64,000 nucleotides of DNA, taken from positions 1 to 64,000 of the forward strand of contig JAHLTZ010000032.1 of NCBI GenBank assembly GCA_025786725.1, written 5' to 3'. The DNA comes from Syncephalis fuscata S228 (lineage: Eukaryota > Fungi > Zoopagomycota). The translations under genes and the position numbers were made by a program. Position 1 is the first letter of the stretch, and each line of letters begins with the position of its first letter. Positions 25,486 through 39,349 of this stretch are shown piece by piece. Under the pieces are notes generated by a model. The model worked only from the letters and a program-made list of their open reading frames with translations, ran no database searches and had not been told where the DNA came from.

Positions 25486-28400
25486 AGAAAGTGATGATGA
25501 TCATATTACTAGCTTTATTCGGTCTACAGAACAAGCAAACGAGGATGAAGATTCAGATGTATCCGATGATGGTAATTGGGATTCTAGTTCAGATGATGGT
25601 GGCACTACACAATTACTTAAGCGTATGTCAGTAATGCATGTACGGCGATGTGTAGTGACCCCCAATTATCAAGCATCACTATCCACCAGTGCACTGGAAA
25701 GTTATTCATCTGATCAACAACAACAACAAGATCGACACCAGTCTATGCGCGTTACGCCACCCAAAGAGGCCGAGAAAAGATTAGGCGATGAGAGAAGTCA
25801 ATTACTGCGTCGCCTATCTATGTTGGCTGAATCATTCAAGTCGGATCAGCGAGAATCAAGTGAAAATGCTACAAAGCAGCGGCCCAAATCAAAACGGGCC
25901 TCACGTCCCAGTAGTGTCTATTTAAGATCAAAGGATATTGATGCTGCTGATAAATTATCTGTACCCACTCAACATGACAGCAATAAGCTGGATTGGTTGG
26001 ATATTGATGGCGTGTCTACAGAAGATTTGGCTGAGAATGACAAAGTAAGTAATTGGATTAATAGTATTAACAAAAGTTTAATAATTTAATAATTTATTAA
26101 TAATCTATTTTATTTTTTGTTTAGAGTGGTAAAAGAAGCGATCGACGACAGCGTGCAGTCACTATGGGTGCTGCACCTACAACAGGCCGTCGACGAGCTA
26201 ATGGCGGTTTCCGATCGACTAAATCTGTTCTAGTTGGTAGACTTAATCGACTTGAACGGGCCAGTCGACAGGTACATTTATCAATTATGGGCAATGAATC
26301 ATTGTCATCATTGTCAGCATTGTCAGCATTGTCAACATTAAGTGATAAACACAAGGATGCCGATGAAGACAATGAAGATGACTGTGATTACGAGGATTAT
26401 GACTATGATGATGACTATGACTATGACTATGAGGATAGTATAGGCGATGAAAGCTTTATGACTGACTACTCAGTGGATGACAGTTTAATGAACGAGACAC
26501 CAGTAGTAAAGGCCCAAGTACTAAGAGCCACTCGTGTTGTATCAGTAGCAGTACAGAACTTTTCACTGGCTAATGGTGGACATGGTATTTTAAGCAGCAG
26601 TAATAGTAACAACAGTACTAAATCAGCACCACAGCCTGTACCTGCACTGCCTAATCTAAAAGAAGCATTAAATAAATTGATTGAAGAAGAGAATAATAAC
26701 AATTATGATGATGATGAAGAAGGCGATATTTTACCTAATGATCTGCCTTCAATGTCTAATCAACTTTATACACGCAATGCTCATTTAGCCGGCAATACCA
26801 GCTTACTAGGACGATCCCACTCGACGGTGGTGCGTTCTAGACCATCTACCGGTATAACCGCCACACAGGATCAACAAGAACAGCTAAAGGCATTAAAATT
26901 ATCACTGCAACGAGAACGATCCCAAGTAGCCATTCAGCTAACCGATTTACAGGCGCAGGCCGCCTATCTTGCTGAAGATAAACGACGACTACAAGAACGA
27001 TGGATCGATATGATGGCCCGTCGACTTGAAGCGTGTGATCAAATGATTGATCGTGTACAAACTGGTCGACCTGTAGCTCATGTTTCAAGTACAGATCGCA
27101 TTTTACTTGATCAATCCGAACAACGAGATGCCCAAGCTTTATTAAAAATGCAAGCGGCCAATTTAGTACGCGCTGGTAAAACACCTGATTGGGCTCTACC
27201 TATTTCAAGTCGTACATCACCCTCTGTTGCACTAGTACCAGCGGAACAACAACAGCCAGTGGTAGCTGAAGAAGAAGAAGAAGAAGAAGAAGAAGAAAAA
27301 GAAAAAGAAGAAGGAATGGAGGAAGAAGTGGGTAATACGACGCTGGCAACAGATCTGTTATCAGAATTGACTGATTCAATTCATGAAGAATTTTTATCAG
27401 ATTCACGAAGAGGTACTCAGATTATTGATACAGCGCCCATTACTACTATTGTTAATACAGTGGAACCCATTACTGTTGTTGATACAGTAGAGAAAGTATC
27501 TCAAAAAACAACACCCATATTCCCACCACAAAAGAACCCAGATCGACAGATACAAAAGAGTTCTGATCAATCAACTATTGTACCTACTATTACAACACCA
27601 ATGCCATCACCACCAATGGTATCACCGCCATTACAATCACCGCCATTACAAATTACTAAAGAGCAAACAAGCAGTAGATTATTTGCTACACCACAACGTG
27701 CACCATCAATGGACGCAGCGAATGTACCGTATCGACCACCATCGATTATGGTTAAAGGCAATCAAGCGGGTGGTAAATCATCTGCTGCCTATAAACGGGC
27801 CACTGTCTATCCTTGTAGTGCTGAAGCGGATAGTAGTATTACCAATAGTGTGGGATGTGGTGGTGTAGCAGGTCGGCCTGTATTAAATGCTGCTATGAAT
27901 TTATTGCCGACAGATAATGTGGCACTTGTACCGATGAATAACGGTGATGCCCAAGAACAAGAACAGCCAATCTTTACAGGTCGTCTCTATAAATTGGGTC
28001 GTAATCGTCATTGGCAACGACGAGAATTCCGTTTTGATGGTTCCTATCTTGTATGCTTGCGGCCTCGTCGTGAGCGATTGGCTGCCAATACAGTACGTCT
28101 ACTTAAGCCACAATCACCCGATGATGGCTTCTATGATACAAAGCCCCCTCTACCTATGGTAGGACATCCGCTTATTGCTACTGAAACAGCCGATGGCAGT
28201 GGATGGGTTCGTTATTACCAAGCACCTAAATGGGTCATTCCTATTGCCGATATGGAGGAGATTTCACTAGTGACACGACGTGGCATTAAAGTACGTGAGT
28301 GCTTTGCCATTGTTACACGCGAGCGACAATATGTGTTGCGAGGTCGTGATCGTCGTGAGCTAGCGTGTTGGCTATTCCTACTTAAACGTATGGTGAATGC

Positions 28401-28707
28401 ACGTCGACGGGCTGAACTTGTCGCGGCCACGGCTGAACTCGAGGCAGCTCAAGCATTGGCCGCATCACAAAGTATGATAGCACCGATAACAACCCCTTCA
28501 CTGGATAATAATCGTATTAGTCGTGCAACAGCCACAACAATGCAATCCAATAATAGCCGACTCGCTTTAGGTATTAATCCCAAGACGGTCGCGGCTGTGG
28601 CCAGTGCCGATGTTGTGTCCAATCAATGGCGACGATCTGTCGGCGAATTATTAGGATTTGATCCAAATGCACGTAGTTCATTACGTGGTACACATAACCT
28701 ATCTTAA
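24384..28707 (+). CDS. Large low-complexity (Ser/Glu-rich) protein with coiled coil and C-terminal PH domain; apparent 1-nt deletion in the A-run at ~24975
   Basis: Three consecutive ORFs join via one frameshift and one intron (~26050-26124). PH motifs FTGRLYKLGRNRHWQRREFRFDG ... YVLRGRDRRELACWLFLL. The start codon is uncertain. Confidence 0.72.
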
Positions 28708-28963
28708 GTGCTCGTTTCTAGTATAGTGACATTCAAATAGCCGTATTACTTTATGTTTGTTTACATGACCCGCGTTTCTATTCTTTATTATTATAATAAT
28801 ATTATTAGACAATAATTCAATAGTGTAATCATAGTGTTGTACAATAAGCAGTTACACGATATATTTATATTTTTGATAGTTAATAATAGCAAAGTGTACA
28901 AGTGTGTATGTGTGTGTTGATTATGTAATGATATGTTGATTTATAAACACTTGTAATGAATAA

Positions 28964-29689
28964 TTAACGATAAACTTGTTGATACGGATATGGTGAAGAT
29001 GTATCGTATAAATCATTATCATTATTGTTATTATTATTATTAGTGTTATTGCTATTAGAATAAAAAGGTTGGTTGTTTTGTTCATTAATAGCCGGTGCTA
29101 ATTGATTCCATGCTAAATAATCATTGCCTATGTATGTAATTAATAATTAAACCATGATATCTGGTCTATAAATACCTTCAGCGTTTAATCGGGGACATGA
29201 TACCACCGAGTCAGGGGAATACATCCATCGACGAGTAGCCGTAATGCCTGTTCGTTGTTCACATCGACGACAGCGTACAATAGTGACCCATCCTACTATA
29301 TTGCCACTATATCATTAATGACAGGTTAGTATCTCTATTCTTTAAATCGACACACTGTCAAATAGTTACCATTGATTACAAGCAATATCTTGGGCTATAC
29401 ATCCACATCGTCGATAAATCATACGTACGTTATAGACACTGGCCCCTGTTGGCACTGTATCTGATACGTAACAGCGTCGTGCTGGTAGACTCGATAACAC
29501 CACCTAAGGGTCAAACAACATGTGCTTATCATTAGTCTATGGTTGTTATATAAATAGCTTATAGAGAATAAAGCCGGCATTCTATATACACACCTGATCG
29601 CCACGTTGAGTTAGTAGAATGTTACAGTAGCGACAGCGTAATTCAAGTACAAGACGTCGTGTACGTAAAGGTTGGCGTCGGTGTACCAT
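28964..29689 (-). CDS. FAM72-family Cys-rich protein, multi-exon
   Basis: LELRCRYCNILLTQRG, GCIAQDIACNQ, GWVTIVRCRRC and WMYSPDSVVSCPRLNAEGNDYLAWNQL parallel FAM72 motifs (CKFCKQVLSSRG, KDIACLKCGNIVGY, WMFHSQAV..INRLD..LLWGNL). Confidence 0.72.
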
Positions 29690-30074
29690 AGCGTACTATT
29701 GTTTTCGTAACTATCTAGAACAAACAAAAAAAGCAGCAGGTCCCAGCCAAAGTTGAGCGATGACTTGCATTAAATAAACAATAAACGCAAACAATAGCCA
29801 ACGACTATATATAGTGTAGTAGTAGAAGTAATAATAATAATAATAATAATAGCCTATTATTGAAAAGATAAATAACAAGCTTGTCACTATTGTTAAGGCA
29901 AATAGACATACCACAATTGTGTTAAGAGTTAACACGACGTATGTCACAATAACAAAGTAGCGAATACAATTGAATAGACAGACTGATAAACGGTAAAGTT
30001 AATAGACAAATAAAAGTAAAAAACAAAACAAAGACGCAATGGTGTGTGCACGACTAATATCATTGTTGTTGGCA

Positions 30075-30473
30075 CTATTCTAATAAGCCAACAGGTTCGG
30101 GCCGTAGATTAAAAACAATCTTGTGTCGTAGAATATCTATAACATTGTAGTTGACTGGTGGTGGCGTTGAATCATGTTTAGTGGAAGAGACGCGTTGAAG
30201 TATGGCTAATGGTTTTTTCAACACTATAATCTTGCCTTCAAGACGATGATAGCCAATAAACATAATAACGGTGCCCTATGTTTGTTGCGTTATTATTTAT
30301 AGCGCGGCAAATTGGCTTGATAAACAAAGACTTACATTTGGTTCAATAGTTAGATTACCAACATGGAGATTGTCGCGTGATTCACCTGGTTGTGTTGCAA
30401 GTTTGCCTTGTAGCTCAATAAGAACAAGTTCACGTTGATTGTTAAGATTAACGTGTACAAATAATTGAACCAT
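30075..30473 (-). CDS. CTF8: Chromosome transmission fidelity protein 8 (Ctf18-RFC subunit), 2 exons
   Basis: LVLIELQG, VGNL, MFIGYHRLEGKIIVLKKPLAIL, KIVFNLRPEP. Confidence 0.9.
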
Positions 30474-30593
30474 AGCTAAAGTAGAACTAGAGTATTGGAA
30501 GAAGAATGACTATGCTACGATAGTAAGAAAAATATGTATATAAATAGCAGAGCGATTATACTTGTGATGTGATCATCACTTATTTAACAAGTG

Positions 30594-31088
30594 GGAGTTA
30601 TTGTATTTTTACACTTGTATTTTTTATTTACTCATTTCACTCTACTTTTAAGTACAATTAAACACCCATCCATTACTATAACATGTATTGTTATACATCC
30701 GGCATTGGCTAATTCATGAGTAATTATCAATACAGTAATTTAATGTAATTAGTTATTTTTATTATTGCTTTAATATATATATATTGTCATTATAATATTA
30801 ATTGTTCAAAATACCATTTATTTAATCAGATTGGCTATAAGAAAAGTGACTGTTTAATAAACGACTTTTATAATAATTATATTAATCTTAATCTTACATC
30901 ATAGATATGCTCAAAATGCAACAGTAGAATATTAGAAAATAGAAAAGACCACTCAGATACAATAATCCATACTGTATGTAAATGCAATAACAACAATTGC
31001 GAAATGGCATGGAATTGTAATCATATGGCTCCTATTAATATTCAATCAATCTTTCTGCACATGGTCAACAACAACAACAATCGGCCTC
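30594..31088 (+). repeat. ~500-bp inverted repeat, left arm (pairs with 39795-40289)
   Basis: Near-identical reverse complement over the central ~350 bp (e.g. ggctcctattaatattcaatcaatctttctgcacatggtcaaca); more diverged at the outer end. Confidence 0.92.
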
Positions 31089-31499
31089 AAATGTTTAAAA
31101 GAAATCAAATAGTATGTTACATTCTTTATTTAAATGCATAATATTATTACTAATACAATGTTCTGTTACATTTAATTCTATTTTATGGAAATGATAATGT
31201 TATTATATTACATTAATATTTACTGTGAATGATAATTTAAACACAAATTAATCCAATCAATTCGTCAACTATTTAAATTATCACAATTGATTGCATAAAA
31301 AGATTTACTACTTCGGGGGAACTTGAAGTAGATATTAACCAAAATTGCAATTAATATAAATATTCTTATTGCACGTAGTATAATTATCTCCACTTTATTA
31401 TATACTTTTATAAACCTTGTATGTGCTCATATCGCTATTGCTGGCCATAAAGAAGCATATATTGCAAATGTTGGAACATTTAAACGAAATACCACAGAT

Positions 31500-33600
31500 G
31501 TTAAAGTGTAAATATTCACCAATTTAATTTTAGAAAATTAGCTACATTATTAAATATTATGCACCGTCTTTTATTTCATTTCTGTTTAGTTTTATCATTC
31601 TATTTACATTGGCGTCAGCATCAACTAAAAGATTGCCAAGCTTTATTTAGCTTAGTATGATTGAAATAATTTATCTTTTGTTTATTGGTTTAATGATGAG
31701 GCTAAATTAATTAATACTTAGTCCACACATTGCTTTACATTGACCTGTATTTAACTTGTTATTTTTATCATGACCACTCTTAGTAGCATAGGCTATTAGC
31801 TATACCTTGAGTGATTATTGGTTAGTGTGCGGCTCGCTGCCGCTGTGCACCCAAATTTGATTGTATTTGGATAAAACAGCCTAATGTGCATAATCTAATG
31901 TTTACAAATTGTGCTGTATGCAATTTGATGAACACGGCTTATTACATCCAAAATTCGATAAAACCGATAAATGAGTCGAATGGTTTATTGCTCAGGATGC
32001 TGTGATGCATTACGTTGTAACATCCCTTATCGCACAGCTGATTCTTAGTCAATTTTGATTAATATCTATTTAAAATGCCGAAGACTGCGCAGCACTTAGC
32101 ATTCACATGTTTGAATATAGCACTTTTTACTCCTGTAAAAGCTTCCATAATATCGAATACAGGTATGCACCAATCAGTGCAATTTATGTTTCAAGGAGGT
32201 ACGGCTGATTTACACACATCAGTATGTGTTTGTACAAAAATATTAGTACATTGTATGAAACTTGATAATTCGTCAGTATTATGTATGGTTTGGCTCCATA
32301 TAGATATTGAGGCTTGAGGTGATGGAAGGGACAGCAAAGTCGTCATTACTATTTTTGTATAATCACTTTACCATTAAACGTTCAAACTGCGTAACAAAAA
32401 CACAGATTAATATGCGCACCCCTGTAACATTGTTTTTAATATTGTACTTGTAAACCTGTAACAAAATAATTAATTGAAGCATTATAACTACTAATTTATG
32501 GTTCAAGGTATTGAAAGAGTTATTGCTGGCGTAAACCACTTTGTAATATGGGCAATGGTTTAAATCTAATAGGCATTGACTAAATGAATGCATTATAGTA
32601 TTTGAATTGGCTCACATGTTGCTATTAATGAAGTAATTCAGCAACTTCTAACAATGTTAAAGGATAGCAAAAGTAACCAATATTTTTAAACACCCTTTTG
32701 CATATTGATGATTAGTGTTTAATCGGTACAATACAGGCAATGGCCGTCACAGTTATCTGTAATGGAGTAGCACTAAGACGCTCCGCTTGTTGCATATAAG
32801 CTAATAGAGTTAAGTTGAAACAAAGTTTTGACTGTACATCAATATACCATCGATATTTTTGTATACGTTTGTTTCAAATCGTCGTTTAAATATACTGTTG
32901 TTGGTTTCTATTGTACATTAATGGTATATCTCACAAAAATACATTATTTTGATGCTTTAGCGTAATAATATATTTAAATAGCCCACAACATTCACACAAT
33001 TGACCAGTAGTATCATCATCACAGTCTGCTTTCTACCAAACACTCACTATCGCACACTATAGAATAACACTTTTTACTTGCTGGCAAGTACTCGCTATAG
33101 CCTACTCTAGATCACCGTTTTCTACTTTTTTGTTCTACGTCTCAACAAATCAACGTCGCCATGAAGCTTTCCATCGCCGTCGTTTGCGCCGCCCTCGTAG
33201 CTTTTGCAGCTATTACAGCCATGGTGGATGCTGTTCCAACTTCAACAGGTTCTGATAATGGCCAATTATTCGCATTGGCTAAAAGAAGTCAATGCTGGGG
33301 CGGCACTCCATGTGAAGGTCCTAATGGCACCTGCCGCAGCTGCACTTCTTTTCCGTAACTGGTGCATTCAAGTCATTGGCATTTGATGCGTAATCGAAGT
33401 GCTAGTTTAATATGCTTTAGGTATATGTTTGACAACCAAAACTGATCAACAGTTGTTGTTCAGCTCATTTATATAGCAAGTTTTAGCTAATGTTCCGGTT
33501 TATTCAACTCTCAGCCAATAGGATCATTGTATTACCAAGCCTGCATTTAGCTGTATCTATTCAGTTGTGCAAGTTTGTAGTAATAAACGCATTGTTTTAT
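31500..33600 (+). repeat. ~2-kb segmental duplication, inverted copy at ~45390-47390, containing the 4-Cys peptide gene
   Basis: Anchors such as caggatgctgtgatgcattac (~31993 vs ~46855) and tagtagcata (~31781 vs ~47080), plus a shared 5' UTR. Outer borders are approximate. Confidence 0.75.
33161..33358 (+). CDS. Small secreted Cys-rich prepropeptide, copy 1 (predicted mature SQCWGGTPCEGPNGTCRSCTSFP)
   Basis: Signal peptide MKLSIAVVCAALVAFAAITAMVDA, pro-region ending LAKR (kexin site), 23-aa tail with 4 Cys; good start context gccATG; conserved second copy. Confidence 0.88.
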   Translation: MKLSIAVVCAALVAFAAITAMVDAVPTSTGSDNGQLFALAKRSQCWGGTPCEGPNGTCRSCTSFP

Positions 33601-34658
33601 TTTAGTTATGCCTGACTGAGTTGTTATTTTTATACCTATGTTTATTTGCATTCAGTAGTCAGCAATCATTAATTTAACATAGAATCTGCACAAGCATTTG
33701 TATTGATTATAGATGTAAATCAGTATAGATATAACACTATAATCATCAAATAATGATTATACGTGCGGATGTTTAACAATATACACTAGAAGTGTAATCA
33801 ACTATCTTTATTTGCAAGTATACAATTGGTGCTACCAAAATCATTATTATTATAGTAGCAATTCCGATTGGACAACAATTAAATAACGTGGTATATCAAT
33901 TGTATTGCTGTTGAGCAAACTAAACGATGTAACAGCATCATAACGATAAAACGGGCATTAATGTTATATGTAATAATATTTATGTTTGAATAATTAACAG
34001 ATTATATATTAATGTATGGAGTACGTATGCTAGTCAATAATAATGCAAGAAACAAACAAAAAGTGTTATAAAGTAGAGGTGAAAGAGTAGAGTACTTATA
34101 ACTATGTTCAAAAATAAATATTGAGTGCTATTGATATGAATGGATGGCATTAAAGTGGTCAAGACTTGCGGATAAATATGTTGTCATGCTTCTATATGGT
34201 TATCGTTAAAACATAATCAATACAGATTGTGCGCTCAATTCAACCTTATTCTGCTTATTTTCTGCTTATATTAAAAATAAGACTATAAACTAAATAGCAT
34301 GGTATTATCGTTTATAAGTAAAAAAAACAACGTTTACTAAATTATTTATATATTCATTTATCATTGTTGTAGCTATTTTTAATAAAATGAAAAAAATTTG
34401 CATTGTTAGTAATACTACTACAGCTTAGTTGCTTATTTGCTAATAGGCTAGTAACTATCGTTCTATTATTTAATTAATTACTTATCTTTTAATTAAAATT
34501 ATTAATTGCGTAGATTAGATAATGTTGGCGTATATAAAGAATTAAGCATTTATACATAAAAGATCATAATTTTTGTTACTTTAGCATCGCTGATATGACT
34601 AGGCAGTTGATTTTTTGTATTCTATATTATAGCCTATCTAATTATAGCGAGTATCAAC

Positions 34659-35144
34659 ATGAAGGTAATTACTATAGTTTTAGTACTCGTTTTATATATC
34701 GTCGATACGGTTCAATCGAATACGGCGTCTGTTGAATTTAACTCAATGCAAATGTTATGCCTAGTGAATCAGCTACGAAGAGAGAATGGCCTTCCGTTAC
34801 TTGGTATTGATAATACGCTAAATGCAGCGGCTCAAGAACATAGTATACTTCAGGCGCGCAACAAACAAATGGCCCATATATTTGATGGCGAAAAAGGCTT
34901 ACTAAGACGCTGTTCTGGCTACAATACTAAATGGGCTACTGTGCGAGAGAATGTTGCCTTTGGTCAGGCAACAATGAGCAAAGCAATGGAAGGCTGGGTA
35001 AACTCGCCGCATCATCTTATGAATCTACTTAGCGACGCAACGCACTTTGGTAGCGGTTTGGCAATAAGTAGTCAAGGCGTCCCCCATTGGACGCAGGACT
35101 TTGGTCGTGACGATAATAAGGCAAGAATTATACCCATGTGTTGA
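34659..35144 (+). CDS. Secreted CAP/SCP (PR-1-like) domain protein, intronless
   Basis: Signal peptide; MLCLVNQLRRENGL, LNAAAQEHS, ENVAFGQ, WVNSPHHLMNLL, WTQDFG. Confidence 0.92.
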   Translation: MKVITIVLVLVLYIVDTVQSNTASVEFNSMQMLCLVNQLRRENGLPLLGIDNTLNAAAQEHSILQARNKQMAHIFDGEKGLLRRCSGYNTKWATVRENVAFGQATMSKAMEGWVNSPHHLMNLLSDATHFGSGLAISSQGVPHWTQDFGRDDNKARIIPMC

Positions 35145-36850
35145 AATAAATAAAATTTAAACAGATAAAACGTATAAAACTGCAATTGAATAAATTGAAC
35201 TTCCACAAGATATGGCCTAAATGCGCATAGAAAACAAATTAATGTTTTATTCAATTGCGTGTAAATTACAGCTATTTTACAGCTGAAATTATTAATTTAT
35301 GTGTGGAATAATGATTTATGTGGCAATTTCCTAAAAGTGAAACTGTAAGGTATCAGCATTGATACACCATTACTTTTGTATCATTTCGGCAAATTCTATG
35401 TTTTTACCTGAATAGCAATAACACTACATGTCACACTCTTCCAGTTATCATATCACCTATTTAATTTAATTTAATTAGCTGTGCGAGACAACGGTCCATA
35501 GGGCCTATTCGTATAATGTTGGATTTGCTTGTCACATCACATATTTCTTTTCCAAAAACTTATTATTTAAAAAACACTGTAACAGAATCTCAGCAAAATT
35601 TTTTTAAAAATTTCCCATTAGTTATGTATTTTATTTTATAGTTTGTAGTCCTCCAGGCTATATTCAATCAACTCCTCTACAAACCAGAGTACCAGCTAGT
35701 CAGACCGCTATCTAATTTTGCTTTTTGTTAGTTTTGCAGAACTTCCTAAAAGCTACTACTCACAGAAAAGACAGCGTGAACGTCCAAAGCATTCTTTTCC
35801 AATATTGTTGAAAATGTATTGACTATATTAATTGGTATTAAAAATGCATTAATGTTGCTGTAACATTTACAATGCTAGATTTACTAACAATTGATTAAAC
35901 ACTCAGCTATAGAAAGTTTTAGTTACATAAATATATAATTATTTTGGTTTATTAAATAAAATTTAACGTTTTTTCCTCTTACTTTGTGCATATTTACATT
36001 GTCACAATTACTATTTAAAATTAACAATAAGTGTATTAATATTAATACTTTTTATTATTAAGGTGTATCATTTTTTGTTTTGGCAGATGCCATTATTATA
36101 TATTTTTAACAGCTAAAACACATTCAAAATGTTTAAATGTCACATTTATTTGATCAAATACTATAAGTATTAGTATTGACTCTACTCCAACTTTGATTTT
36201 ATCTTTTATTTGGTGTCTTATCCAACCAGCAAATTGACCATTGTTGTAAAAATAACGACAGTGCACTAATTTACAATATAAAACATATTATTTAAATGTT
36301 ATGCCTTAAAATAAAAAATAAAACTTTATTTTATACATAGCTTTTTAATTACTGCTAGAACTTTAAACTATTTTTATTTTGATAACGCTTAAATAATAAT
36401 AAAATACTACTAACCTTGAAATTAATATTTTGTTGAAAGATAAGCAGCCATTTGCGCATATTAAAGACGTTTTATACAATATTTTGAATATAGAAATATT
36501 GTATTTCTTTAAAGCAATGTGGCCAAACAGATTTTAGTCTAACTTGCAACAATAAAAAAATTGCTTTCAAAATACGTTCCTTATTTCTTAATTTTGATTA
36601 TAACTAATACAATAGTAGCATATACACAGTTGTATATATTAAACATAAATATTATACAGACAATTATCGTCGTCCGAACTGAATCAGACAATAAAGATCG
36701 TCAATTAAACATAAGTGTTTGTTGAGAAAAGTCAAGTCATCACTAATCGGTTTTGACCAATCTGTTTTGTTATTTCATTTCTACATACTTATCAAAGGTG
36801 TGTTTTTTGAGTAAGAAGGGTCGTTTGTAAGGTTCAAATCACAGCAAAGG

Positions 36851-37500
36851 TTGAGAATTGGATTAGGACGGCTAACCAAAAATGTGACAGTCTTGTCCAA
36901 ATTTATGCTAATAATTTGCATCAATGGATACGGGGCAATTCTACACGATTCCATGCAACAGCCAGTTACCCGACGGATACGCAACCAAATGCCAAACAGC
37001 CCGGCCATCTGTAACGTTCTTTGCAAGCGCTATCCATCGATACCGGTCATACTATTCCGAGCTCCTACAGCCTTATACCGCTTTGACCGCCGCATCATTG
37101 TACCTTTACAGGATGGCCTGCTAATTTCCCGACCGATTCCGCCGCATTGCACTGCGTTAGTCCGGGGGCCTTCCCGTCTATTCTTCACCACTTGTCGCAA
37201 TATTTATGAACTTCGCCTACTTTTACGCAAACTAGGCCGTCTCACATTTTCCCCATCAAAATACTGCCATTCAACTCACAGTTGCCTTAATGTGTATGTC
37301 ACGTAACTATATCCAGACACTTAGCTGAACAGTTGCTCATCTACGGTGGCTAGAAGCATGCAAATACGCTACTTACCCAATGTTGTTGCTGTGTAATCAG
37401 TTAGTATAATGCTTTACGCATCTTCCCACACTACTATCGCTACCACATAATACAGTCCATTTACCTGCATTATTATGGCTGTATAGCCATCCAAGCCATG
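36851..37500 (+). other. GC-richer island with a 151-aa orphan ORF, possibly a decayed coding or retroelement fragment
   Basis: Composition is clearly less AT-rich than the flanks; no recognisable domain. Confidence 0.3.
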
Positions 37501-38340
37501 GCCATCTATAGCGATATAGCCCAATTCTATCTATTAATTACAATATATATAACGAAATAAACAACCGATAATTAACGTGCTAAACTTTTATCCTTTTACT
37601 CCTTTTACACACTATGTTTATACATGCACTTTTTATACACAACTACCCCCCTCTAGCACACAGACTATCGCCGCAATACACTCTATCTGCATTCAAATGT
37701 ATTCTACTCGCTCTCTTGTATAGTATAGACCATAGCCGGCACAATTATCGCTAATATTGAAAGGCCGGCATGCGTACAATAACGGTATATTGTCACTGTT
37801 GCATCACGTGACACCTTTTTGTATATGACATAAATCGCCACTGTACATCAATATTTCTACATCTCAGCTTGATATTATGCTTTGTTTACCATTATAAAAC
37901 AATATAATATAATATATATATACTAAATTTTACTCGTAATCAATTTACACATTTTTTTGGCCAACTTTTTTTGCAAAAAAATTTGTTCTAAATTCTATAC
38001 CATTCCTTATAACTAAGCATGGGGAACTCGAATCCGGCAATCATTTCGCTATCTCTCAGTTATATAAGCCATGATTGGTAAAAAAACCTGCTATTTTTAC
38101 TATAATTTCAATAAATATGCCTATAATTCTAGATAATTACATCTGGTTGTACAGTATTTTTACCACCGACTTACCTTCATCTAAGACAGCTGTTGTTTTA
38201 GATAAAATATTTAATGTATTTGTTTTGGTTACACACGCATTTTACTTTTAATTTTCTATGACCATCGTCACCATCTAAATAAAGTATTTATATGATTTTT
38301 ATTATTTATAATAACTATGACTGTAATGTAGATTTATTTA

Positions 38341-38470
38341 TTTTTACTACAAAGTGTTAATATGATTGTAGTTGACATAATACAGGTTATTGTTACTTAA
38401 TATTATCAAGGTGTAAAGCTTTGACATTTGATGTTAAAAATACGTTAATATTAACACTTTGTGTTAAAAA
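38341..38470. mobile_element. MITE-like 130-bp element with 23-bp terminal inverted repeats
   Basis: tttttactacaaagtgttaatat ... atattaacactttgtgttaaaaa (21/23 complementary); no clear TSD. Confidence 0.45.
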
Positions 38471-38569
38471 TGCACAAATGTTACTATTTATTATAATTGA
38501 AGCAAAATTTAAAATTACTTTTCTTATTTTAATCCAATAAATTATTTCTTATTAAATTAGCTAATTAGT

Positions 38570-38873
38570 TAATTAGTTAGTTATTTAATTGTCTACCTAT
38601 ATTATTTTTTTAATATTTATAAACGTTGCCCTTTATGCTATTAATTGTTTAAAATGCCATTTATTTAGTCAGATTGGCTATAGGGAAAGTGGCTGTTTAA
38701 TAAACGACATTTATGATAATTATATTAATAGTAATCTTACATTATAAATATGCCCAAAATGTAATAGTAGAATATTAAAAAATAGAAGAGACCATTCAGA
38801 TGCAATAATCCATACTGTATGTAGATGTAACAACAACAAATGCGGAATGACATGAAATATCAATCATATGGCT
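38570..38873 (+). repeat. Third, more diverged partial copy of the 500-bp repeat (same orientation as the left arm)
   Basis: tcagattggctata..gaaagtggctgtttaataaacgac...caataatccatactgtatgta...aatcatatggct aligns to ~30750-31030. Confidence 0.85.
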
Positions 38874-39349
38874 TTTATATATCTATACTATTATATATCA
38901 TTATATGATAAATTGGATACATTATATTGCTATAAGTTTTAATTACATATAGCTTGTTAAATGAATAAGGTAAATAAATTGAGATTTACTAATAGTAAAG
39001 ATAGAGTCATAAATAATTTATGGTGTCAAACGACGATTAGCTATGTTGAAGGTATTGAGCACATTTGCATGATCAATGAGCGAAATTAGACGACATTTAT
39101 AAATAATAGTGTTAGAACAAAAATAAAATAACTTTGGATACAGAAAGGCTAGGCGAGTATAGAATGATATATAAAATGGTGAATGTACAATGAGAAAGCA
39201 TATAAAACAATGTTAAAATTATAGTGTGTATAGTGCAATGAGGGAAATGAGTAAAGTATGTTGGAACATATAAACAATAGAATGCGTCTAGTATATTATA
39301 GACTGATATATAGTAGTGTGGAATGGAATGGGAGTAATATAAATGAATA

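Noticed and set aside
30580-30600. Target-site duplication flanking the 500-bp inverted repeats
   Set aside because: The flanks (taacaagtg versus aaaatttaa) do not form a direct repeat, so the segment is not called a confirmed transposon.
38008-38075. tRNA-like or SINE element (B-box-like GGATTCGAGTTCC on the minus strand within a short inverted repeat)
   Set aside because: No cloverleaf or A-box could be built; too weak to call.
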